From Schizochytrium sp. TIO01 (lineage: Eukaryota > Protista > Bigyra: Labyrinthulomycetes), in assembly GCA_004764695.1 (NCBI GenBank), contig SMSO01000034.1, forward strand, positions 4,030,001 to 4,094,000: a DNA stretch of 64,000 nt, read 5' to 3'. The notes below the pieces were generated by a model. That model made no database searches. It was not told the DNA's origin and worked only from the letters and a program-made list of their open reading frames with translations. This document shows, piece by piece, positions 13,138-23,253 of this stretch. Every line of letters starts with the position of its first letter. Within the stretch, counting starts at the first letter, position 1. The translations under genes and the position numbers were made by a program.

Positions 13138-14532
13138 TCATACATATCCATCATCATCGTCACTTTCATTCTCACTGTTGCTGTCATCAGACTTTCCACT
13201 ACCGGAACGATGATCTTTATTGTGAGGCTCTTGTGTTTGGGAAACCTCGTGAAAAGAGAGCACATTGTCCTCGAACCTGCGCTGTATCGTCGATTGTTGG
13301 TATTTGTGGGGTCTCGGCGAGCTGGGTGGGGTAACAACTGAGCCTGGGGACATTGTTGCGACGTTCGTTGTAGTGGTGAGGCGTGTCTCGCCCTTGAAGG
13401 ATGAGTTGTCCTTTGACCACGCATCAGATTTCGAAGAGCTTCCTGCAGATTTGCTGCCATAACGGCTATCACTAACTGCAGTGTATGCAATCTTCTTAGA
13501 GAGTATACCGTAGGCGCACCAAGAGATGGCAAGGAACTCAGAGTGGGCCAGCATAAGGGTTGGGATGAGCATCATCAAAGCAAAGATAATTCCCTGACCA
13601 ACGGTTTGCACAATGTTTTCGTTCTCCACAGCGACAAGACGTGCCTTGATTTCTTCTGTACGTCGATTTGCGTTAACACTGAGGCTGGCATTGAGCGCTC
13701 TTTTAACGTGGTTTTTAGTCCACGCTGCTTGAACACCGAGCACGATCACTTGAAGAAAGGTGCTAAATTGTGTTCCCATGTAAGCACCAAGGGCTGCGCT
13801 ATCGTCACCATTGCTAATACCCAAGCAGATGAAGGGAACAATACCCGAGAAAATGCCTAATGAGGTAATGACAAGATTAACGCGGTAATTAACTTGAACA
13901 ATCCAGCGAGTTGCTCTATTTCCGTGAAGTACTGAGGCGATGAGGGCCGGTTGAAAAAAGTACACAGCCATGTAGAAACCAATTTTCGCGATTAAGTAAA
14001 GGAACGTGGGTAAGGCATCAAGCCCAATTTTCATGTCCGGTGCTGCGATACGTACGATTGCCATGATCACAACAGCTGGCATACAAACTCCGAATGCAGA
14101 GATAATGGCCAAGAGGCCCCGGTTGTGGAGGATGTGATATGGCGTTCCCTGCGCAAGCTTCATTGCCTTTGTCTCCTGAAACGTTCTCCAGCGCAGCCGA
14201 ATGCGTGGAATAGAGATGATGATATAAATCATTGTCACAGTGAGTGTAAAACCCCAGAGACCACGCCCCAGGGCAATGTTGGTCTGGCAGGAAGCTCCTG
14301 AAGCGTCGAAAAAGTCAGCTTTGCCGGAAAATCCTGCCTCGCAAAAGCAAATGCCATTGTTACATACACCATTTCCAGCACATGCGCCACGAACAGGATT
14401 TTGATCAATTTTGAAAGGGTCGAATAGGAAGTCTATTCGCGTGCATTCTTCATTAGCTTGTGTAGGGCTTAAGGTATCTGCGAGCGCTAAAAACAGCAAT
14501 GAACTTGCGATGCGCTTCGACCATAAATGCAT
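13138..14532 (-). CDS. Signal peptide + EGF-like domain + 7TM receptor-like protein (paralog A)
   Basis: ATG at 14532 and a hydrophobic signal peptide. EGF-like CAGNGVCNNGICFCEAGFSG. About seven hydrophobic segments, then a Ser-rich/acidic tail ending DGYV. Colinear similarity to 20154..21404. Confidence 0.88.
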   Translation of the reverse strand: MHLWSKRIASSLLFLALADTLSPTQANEECTRIDFLFDPFKIDQNPVRGACAGNGVCNNGICFCEAGFSGKADFFDASGASCQTNIALGRGLWGFTLTVTMIYIIISIPRIRLRWRTFQETKAMKLAQGTPYHILHNRGLLAIISAFGVCMPAVVIMAIVRIAAPDMKIGLDALPTFLYLIAKIGFYMAVYFFQPALIASVLHGNRATRWIVQVNYRVNLVITSLGIFSGIVPFICLGISNGDDSAALGAYMGTQFSTFLQVIVLGVQAAWTKNHVKRALNASLSVNANRRTEEIKARLVAVENENIVQTVGQGIIFALMMLIPTLMLAHSEFLAISWCAYGILSKKIAYTAVSDSRYGSKSAGSSSKSDAWSKDNSSFKGETRLTTTTNVATMSPGSVVTPPSSPRPHKYQQSTIQRRFEDNVLSFHEVSQTQEPHNKDHRSGSGKSDDSNSENESDDDDGYV

Positions 14533-15329
14533 GTTCACAAGCAACAAGACTCAGATTCCTTTTCACCTGCCTTAAGAAGATGTACCACTGCCACAGCAGC
14601 CAGATCAGACCGCGTATACTCGCTGCCCTTGCCCCTTCGAAAGAAATGCTCGACCTTGCTCCTTGCAAAAACTTATGGCCCGTGGCTATATTCGAGTTTT
14701 GCAGTCAACGAAGTTGGTTGTCCCATCTTGACTCCTTGATGCCTGATGCATTGATGCAAATTAATTAAATGGGAAGTCAAGAACATGATCGCTTTCCTAG
14801 CTACTTCTGCTAATCACGCTAGTAAGTATGTACCTACCCTAGAAAGTACACTTATTATTATAGCTAGGATAACACAGGTTCATCTTTTAACTTCGTTAAC
14901 GAGAAGTACAGTATCAGGCACAAATGTTGCTGGACTCTGTACTTCCGCTCGGTTGAAATGCCGTCTTGGCTGCTGCAACGAGAGCAAACAATATCGCGTC
15001 GTCCAGAAGTAAGAAGTACAGGGGCCAGGTTCGCAATATCGTATCGTACCTCCTTCGTTGTTGAACATAATGTAGTATCCATATCCGCATCTTTTAAACA
15101 ACACTTTCAAAGCTAATCCTCTCTTCAATTCAGGGGTTAGTGGGGCTATCGAATTAAGTTTCGAAGTTCATCAAAAGTTAACTGTAGCTTTCAAATCAAC
15201 CAGGGTTCGTTCATCATAAACACTCAAATCTCCTTTCCACCAGGACTACTACCTAACTACTGTTATAGAAAATTTCGCTTGTATCTACAAACTGCGTCTC
15301 AAGAAAATGCCAATCCGCTTTGCAGCTGA

Positions 15330-16540
15330 CGAGGAGTTTTAGCACATCATGTTACTTCTTTTGGACTTGGAAGCCCTCTACATTCCCTTGGGTTTATTTT
15401 TCTATACCACGAAGGATGACCTTTCTAACCATGGTGCCCATGAGTGACCTCTCAGGTCCAGAATACCCCTCGAAGCAACTCAACAGCACGATAATGGCGA
15501 TGGCCACGGAGGGCAAGGGGCAATCTCCTGTGCCATGACGTTTAGGACACGCGCTGCTTTTATAAAAGCACATGGTCTAATTCCAATCACGTGCTCTAAT
15601 AGTGTGGTCATTGAAAGGAAAGTGTGCAGGCATCGCACACCCCGAATTGCGCGTTTTTCGAGTCTTCTTAAAGGCTTTTCCAGAGCTCGAAGGTTCAAAG
15701 TAGAGTGTTGTTTTAACAATCTGGAGAGAATACAGTCAAGTGCCAGCGTTTGGTCTGGCTATAGGAGAAACGCTGTACCCTGTATGGTGAATAAATGCCT
15801 TGTATAGTGGATGTTAGAACATTGGAGCAGGGCAGCCCAGAGCTGGGCGACCTTGAGGCTTTCTGAAACAGGGCAATCGTTCTGAAGGGCCTTGGAGCCT
15901 GGCGAAAGCAATGGTCATGACCTTGCAGTTGAAAAGAATCACGAGATTCAAGAAGCCCTACTCTTAGGACACTAGAATCACAAAGTCCTCGAGGTCAACT
16001 GAAAGCAGCATCTGCCTAGGGAACTTGGGTACCAAGAAGATAGCTCGATGTCATACTCTGCTGTTGAGGTTTGCATGAAGAGGACCTCTTGATCAACGTC
16101 AAAGGCACACCCACTACCCATTGTAATTGATCTTAGTGAAGCTTCAATTGTTATGGTGTTCATTACCATCATTTTTGTCATACTCTCTTTATACTGTGTA
16201 CTGATGAGATGGTTTCGTCACTGCTTGCATTGGTGACGAGCTGTTATAATTCTGCAAATCTCCCTCGTAATCCTGGCTGTGTAGAAAGATGTGCACATCG
16301 TTGTCTGTATGCAATGGGGTTCTAACTTCTCTTTTGTCTGGGTAGCACAGTGTGCATTGTCTCGAGAAATGGGCTTGCGTCCAGGCGACTCAGAGCGCCT
16401 GATCTAAAGAGTCTAAGGTTTGGCACTTTCGAAGCATATATACACTCACCCCTTTGCTCGTGTCGGTTATTGTGCACACCATCAGAGTAGTTTTGTAAAG
16501 GAGGGGGGTGTTGCTGTCAAAGTTCATAGAGGTTGGCAGC
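15330..16540 (-). pseudogene. Degraded coding relic, possibly PB1-like N-terminus plus protein-kinase-like remnant
   Basis: Manual translation gives coding-like stretches broken by stops and frameshifts: ...TLCYPDKREVRTPLHTDNDVHIFL... (PB1-like) and ...LALRGHRHYRAVELLRG... (resembles kinase GTxxYxAPE). Confidence 0.3.
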
Positions 16541-19500
16541 GTTCTTGAGGTTCTGCTCCGCTAGCAAAGAGACAGGTACCTAGTGCTGCAACGTTTTACC
16601 GGGACCACGAGTGGTGTTCCCTTCGGAGCGGCACGCGACATTCCAATAATCCACGATCGGCCTAAGCCCACCTCTCCGGCACGCTCCGTGCTTGCTGCAT
16701 TTTTCAAGTTAAACTTGGACTCAGATGATTGCAATAATACGAATAATGAATTAAAAAGTCATCCATCAACTAGGAAGCGGCGCACGCAGCATTTGGGACT
16801 TTCAGAGCATAGCTACCCGCCAGAACACGCTCGCCTTGCATAAGTATATTCTGACTCGACTGCTACTGCTTCTCAAATCTGCAGCACAATCTTGCAATCG
16901 AACTTTACTTCGCTTGCAGAGATTTGATCTTCTGTCTGTCCAGTGGGTCCGGACAGAACCTTAATTTTAATCTGCGTGCTGCTGCTGCTTCTTCTTCATG
17001 TATAATAAAAAGGTTAAGAAAGGTAAAACTTTCAAGTTGAACGAGAAAGAACAAAAAGTACTTACGCGAAGGAAAAAGGGGAAGTGCACACCTTTCAAGG
17101 AAAACTGTGGCGTCACTCCCTCATTCGATCGCTCCGCTCATTCGATTCTTCATCATTCATTCATTTGTTTGTTTGTTCCAGGTTTCACACGTTATGGGCA
17201 TTGCATTGCCGAGCAGGTCTGGCCGCGTCTTGCGGACTGCTATGTTTTTGATGGCCGACGGCCTGGAGAAGCTGTTTAGTCTGGGTGTGCACCCGCTTTT
17301 GCTTGGCTCCTGGGTTTTCACCTTTCCAAGCTGTCGACCGCCCCATATCAAACTCTTGTTCATCATCATCATCATCATCATTGCTGCCGCCGCTATTTTT
17401 GCCGCAAGTTCTTCTTCTCTGTCTACCACGAGTTCGAGGAGCAGTGTTCATTCTCATTTGTTTGGGCTGTTATAGTTCAATCATGCTACGCTGTAACCAA
17501 TTTGTAAAACGTCAAATCGATTTCTGGTCGAGCAGCTCAAGCTGGTTTGCAGGTGTCCAAGACCATCTTGATGACATCTTTCATGAGCTCGCACAGCATC
17601 AGTTTTAATCCCATGAGGACCCTCCGTCGTCAACTCCAACGCCTTTGCGTCAAAACGGCGTCAAGGATTTTCACAATCATGATTGCAATTTTCACATTGA
17701 CCAGCTCGCGGTGGCCACCACGCCAGTGGTGCCCAGTGGGTTAGTTCGGACACCTGAACATCCAATCCATCACAAAGCGGTGCTATTCCCCAACATTGCA
17801 CGGGCTTGATTGGTTGATTGATCGATTCATTCATTCATTGATTCATTCGTGGTGATTCCCCATCAGAGCTTACGATGCAGTGCTCCCCAACAGAGCAGGA
17901 GGCAGGCATCCTCCGAGTCCTGCAAACCTGAAGTTCACAAAGGCGTCACGCTCTTTAAAAAGTAGTTTCATGAGTTGCCTAACACGGTGCTACGTGCCGA
18001 AAGGACGCTGTCAAGAAGGGCCAACGACGGCTCGATTGCCGAGGCAGCGGTCTCGTGCGAGGCGCGCCACCACGAAGCCAGTTAAGAGTTTATTTATTTT
18101 TAGTAAGTTATAGACACCAAATCGATGCAGAGCAAAATGCAGGCCATCTATCTGGCTGGGCCCACGAATTGATCCTTGAGCCAGCTGAAAGCTGCAAATA
18201 TTCTTGCGTGTGTATTTTCCCTTCAAGATCCGCTGAGCTTTGGCGGATTTGCTTGAGCTCTGAGGCAGAGCTGCTGTAGCAAATGTGCTATTTTGCTCCT
18301 GATTTGTTAATTTGCCAAGCTTGTTTCTTCTTTAGAATTAAAAAATAAAATAAAATAAATAAAATATAATAAAAAATAAAATAAACATGATCAAAATCGC
18401 ACTTAGCAGCTAAGGTTACTAAGTAAGTAGTTCCTCCTGATTATTTTTCTTTTTCTTGCAAAGCTCTTGTAAGAATTTGCAAATTGAAAGTAGAAATGGG
18501 GATGGGAACGATGACTTTGATGGCTTCTTCGAGTTGGGCGGGCCACGCCAATGCTTGTTTGAGCCTGCCGCGAAGTTTGCTCTTCCGAGCCCGTCTGCAG
18601 ATGATCGAGCTCGCGAATAAAACGAAGGAAACTTTGCGTTCGCTCATCAAGGTACCTTGCCTGCTTGTAAGCTCGCTCGCTGGCTAGCTCGCTGCTTCCT
18701 GCGTGGCTCGCAGCAGTGCCTCTCAATTTATTTATTTTATTTTGTTTCTCCACGCATGCGGCTCGTCCGGAGGGTTTATAGTAGAGCACAACGAGCTGTC
18801 CTGCAAAGTCAGTCCAGCCAAATCAAATCAAATCAAAATCAAATCAAATCAAATCATATCAAGTCAAGTCAAGTCAAGCCGAGCAAGCAAGCATTGAAAC
18901 ATCCAGGCAAACGAACAGTTGTTCGACGCCAAAGTTCCCTTTACTAGCTAGCTAGCTCATGCAGTTTGTTTGTAAGCTCGAAGCGCGATCGTTTGAAGGA
19001 CCTGCTTGCTACATACACTTCAGCTTTCTAATCGAAAAAGTAAGTTGGTTTGCTCTCTCTCTCTGTTTTTCTCACGTTGCGCCTTTCTAGCGATCAGAAC
19101 TTCGAAGAAGATCTTACAAGGGAGATAACCTAAAGTAAGTTCCTTTCGATTGAACAAGGAACGAAGCAAAGGAGGAGAACTTAAGATGTTTTTTCTATTT
19201 AGGGCGAGACATGCCCTGAGAAGAGGGAGAGAACGCAAGGGAACAGAAGGGGAAAGCAGGAACATTTTTAAAGATTAAAAATTAAAAATTGTAAAAAGAA
19301 GAAGTAGAAGAAAAAAAAGAGAAGAACTACTAACACTGGAATTCTTTCTGCTGGCGCATGATTTCCAACGTCAGTCAAATGGGCTGCGAAGAAGCCCGCA
19401 AACGTGGGCAAGGCCCCGGCCGTTGTTCTCGGGCTGCTGCTATTGGCGCTGCCATCATCGACCTTGCATAGTCCCTCGCAGCACACCACCAAGCAGTGAG

Positions 19501-20153
19501 TTTGTTGACCGAAGGAGGGAATCAGAGCCACGCTTGGGGGCGAGCGCGGGAGTTTCTCTGCACAGAGTGCACCTTCCCCTACATGGCTATAACAACCCTG
19601 CTTAGGTACCTACTAAATGTCACCTGCAGTTGGAAAGAGTTTTTAATTTGGTGTCGGTATCCCTATTCTTTCAACCTGTTGTGCAATTGTCACCAGGTGG
19701 GTTCCATTTCTTACAAGTCGCATTTCCCGCCCACTTCTACCCACAACAAGGGAGCAAATAGCTAGGTACGATAAAAATAAACAGAGAATCAAGCTAATAT
19801 ACAGCTAGCTGCGCAGAGGTCGCATTCATCCACTGAGGCAGATCAATCACTCAATTGGCCGCTTTGCATTGCAATCTCTCGACCTGCATCTTGCTTGCTC
19901 TGTGCTCATCGGTTGAGTCACGGCACGCGCTGATAGAGACTTGGCACGTGCAGACAAGAATTTGAAAGCCTCAGCAAAGGGGATAGCGACAAGAGCAGCA
20001 GGCAACGAGAAAGAATATCAGAGCAACGGGAGAAAAGGGGCCTTTGGCAATTTACGTCGGGTGACGCATATATCTTCGTTCACGTTACTCAGTAAAGTAG
20101 CGTAGCTTACGCGAGGAGTAAATTCTGGCAGAGGTCTTCTACGCATTAGCACC

Positions 20154-21404
20154 ATGAGGCCACGAGGATGGCTCCTCCTTTCAGCAGTTTGCGTGGGCGG
20201 CAATCTTTTGTCCGCAACTGCTCAAGAATGCACAGACTTGCCTACGATTCCGAATATGTTTCATGCGCAACTGAAGCCATTGTTGGGGCCATGCTCTGGT
20301 AATGGCGATTGCGTTAAAAACCGCTGCGAGTGCTATGATGGGTTCACCGGCCGCGCAGATTTCTTGAATACTGAAGGAGAGGATTGTCAGCTAAGTTACA
20401 ACGCCATCCGTGGGCTGTGGGCAGCAAACTTGCTGATTTGTCTCATCAATTTCGGTCGTGCCTTTCCTGGAATGCGCCTTCGCTGGGAGCAATACAGCGA
20501 GATCAGAGCTCGCCGTCAAGCTATGGGGGAAAGCCATCCTTTGAAAAAGAATCGTGGCCTTGCTGCACTTCTTTTGGCTGCATTTGTAATGTACCCAGCA
20601 ATGATTGCTATGGCAATTTTAATGCTTGCTCGGCCTGAGACAGAGCGTGTTGGAATTACTCCTGCAGCTACAATATTCTTCGCACTAGCGCGTATTTCGT
20701 TTTACACATCAATTTACCTTTTCCAACCAGCCCTGATTGCGTCTTTGCTCAAGAGCTCACGGGCGACACGGTATCTAATTCATCAGACCTATCTTACTTC
20801 GGCAATCCTGAGTGGTATGGGTGTTATCACGGGTATTCTGCCATTCTTCACCCTTGGACTGAGTGATGATGGTAAGGGAGCTGTTGCGCGTGGAATCTAT
20901 CTGGCAACTATGGGCGGCACGCTTGTACAAATTTCATCTCTTGGAATTCAATCGTTATGGACCAAGATTAAGGTACAGCGTGCTCTTGATGCATCTTATG
21001 AACTGACTCGCTCTCCGCGTACTTTGGAGCTCAAAGCTGCCTTGCTTGCCGTTGAGCGTGAAAACATGGTTCAAACTGGCGTGCAGGCCCTCTTTTACAT
21101 CGTGCTCACCTTTGTTCCATTCGTTGCTAACTTTCACAACTACTGGCTGCCGGTAGGATGGTTTGCTTACTCTGTGCTTGGCTACAAGGTTGCAAACACG
21201 ACAATTGACAACAAGGATGGAAGCAAAACTGACACAAGCTCTTCACTTGCCATTGGGGACTCTACTGGAGGTCAGTCGTTTTCTGGACACCACGGCAGGT
21301 TCCATGATACAGATGCTGACTCAACTGCAGTCAAGCGGTTCGAAAAGCAAGTCGGAAGTTTTGTTGAACACCACAGCGACCACGAGAGTGAAGAGTACGT
21401 CTAA
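20154..21404 (+). CDS. Signal peptide + EGF-like domain + 7TM receptor-like protein (paralog B)
   Basis: Signal peptide, then CSGNGDCVKNRCECYDGFTGRADF and seven hydrophobic helices. Motifs shared with paralog A: NRGLxA, FQPALIAS, RALxAS, AVExENxVQT, RFExxVxSF, terminal YV. Confidence 0.9.
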   Translation: MRPRGWLLLSAVCVGGNLLSATAQECTDLPTIPNMFHAQLKPLLGPCSGNGDCVKNRCECYDGFTGRADFLNTEGEDCQLSYNAIRGLWAANLLICLINFGRAFPGMRLRWEQYSEIRARRQAMGESHPLKKNRGLAALLLAAFVMYPAMIAMAILMLARPETERVGITPAATIFFALARISFYTSIYLFQPALIASLLKSSRATRYLIHQTYLTSAILSGMGVITGILPFFTLGLSDDGKGAVARGIYLATMGGTLVQISSLGIQSLWTKIKVQRALDASYELTRSPRTLELKAALLAVERENMVQTGVQALFYIVLTFVPFVANFHNYWLPVGWFAYSVLGYKVANTTIDNKDGSKTDTSSSLAIGDSTGGQSFSGHHGRFHDTDADSTAVKRFEKQVGSFVEHHSDHESEEYV

Positions 21405-23253
21405 GGCAAACATCGATCTGTGTTTATTAACGTTCGGGACTTCGGAATTCGCTCTGCAAGGTATTCCATTGGTTAGTGTTTAACCTAGATAGGCTTCGAA
21501 AATCACCTCTTGATGGAAAGTTATTGAGTCATAAATCCTTTGAGCCCGAGAAGATTGCCATTGGTTCAATGTGAACATGCATTGTCAGTGTCTAACTTGG
21601 ACAAAGTCGTCTTTCCTCGTCTTTCTGCCCACGCATGAGAGATGACGCGTATATCTCATACACCGTTATTGATGTTTTTGCACGATTCTGAGCCGCGTCA
21701 TTTTGCACATGAGGTTGCTGGATTCGGTGAAGTTTATTATGGCAAGAGCAACAAGCAGCACACCTAGCGCAGGTGCCATTCTTGTTGTTCTGCAGCCAAT
21801 TGCTATTTTCTTGTTCTTATTTCATTTCGAACACCCTCATTTCCAGCATATATGCTTCTGTATATGCTTAGATCATGTTCCTACTCTGTTGTTTTCTCTT
21901 TTGTTATTCTTTTCTATTTCTTTTGTAAATCATGATGTTCATTTCTTCTTCTCAGCAAATATCGAAAAACAATAAACCTTTAGATTACATACTTTATGAG
22001 AGCCTTATCTTGTCATGTCTGGCACCAGTATGGCCACACCCGAAGTTTCAGGTGCCCTTGCGGGTCGGTTGCAGAAGCATAGCTGGGATCTTGCCAAGGC
22101 TACCAACGATGTGCTGCTTTATACATCTCATAAATAGTGTGTGAGATAATGTCTTAGGTCCCGCGACTCATTTTAAAATCTATCACACCTGGTGGAAGTG
22201 TTTGATTTGTCATGCTGCTTTACAGTTATGGGGTTCGAAGAAAAAAAAAAACAGAGTCCGAAGAAACCAAACCAAGTAACAGTGCACGACCAAAGAGTAA
22301 TTTAAGTAAAGGGAAGAAGCGTCAGTCCAGAAAGCCTTCGGCAGAAAAGTTAAGGGCTTACGCAATAAGGCTCCGGACTGGTGGATCAGGCAACGCTACA
22401 TCAAGGGTGTTCCAATGTGGCCTTGGTATCACCAAAAGATTTGAGAAAAGCCATGAAACGCGACAAATACATGAATGAAGCAATTAAGAGAAAGGCCCAT
22501 TCAGAATTGCAAACCGCCAGACGTCGTCGAGTTTGTAGACAAAGGCTGAGTCGTCAAAATGCGCGCAGTCGAGATAAATCCTAGCCAGGGCGTCGGCGTG
22601 CTCGCGGTTGTATTCGATTCCTGTGACCTCTTGGGAAGTCTGGTGATGAAGAGCTTCTATCTATCAGCAGTTTAGCGTTAGAATATGCTGACTGACACTG
22701 AAGCCATTTAGCATTTACATTTATGGCTGCTGCCTTCTCCTTTCTCTTTTTTAATTAAATTGTTCTTGCAAGTGTTAGACTAATTTGCCCCTTTCACTTT
22801 GAATTGTACAATCCTAGCGAGCATTTACTTTAGCACAAAGCGTGCTCGTTTTTGAAGAATGTCCAAGTAGTCCATGGGGCTTTCCAAAATCAACAAAAGA
22901 ATAATAAGTACGTACATTATTCCATACCTCACTCACCGCGTCAGGTATCTTTTCAAACCAGGATCACTCAGTACATTCTTGTCCCTCACTCCGTTTGTTC
23001 TCGCATCAAATCCAGACCATTGTGCTCATTGGGAACCAGGGACCACAGCTCACTATGTCTTAGCTTCTAGTGTATTTCATAATAAACACTGCTAGTGCTT
23101 CTTACATCTAATTGAGAATGCCGTTGAACTGGACTATCACTTCTTGGCTGATTTGGACAATTTGGGCTTCGCAGGACAAACACTCCTCTCGCGCGAAACG
23201 CAGAAGAGGCGTCGAGCGTTATCGTCAGCGCCCCAGGCTCTCTATCACGCACG

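Noticed and set aside
21140-21200. Conserved Lys near TM7 of the 7TM paralogs as a retinal-binding (rhodopsin) site
   Set aside because: The Lys lies at the cytoplasmic end of the helix, with no DxxxK motif or counter-ion pattern.
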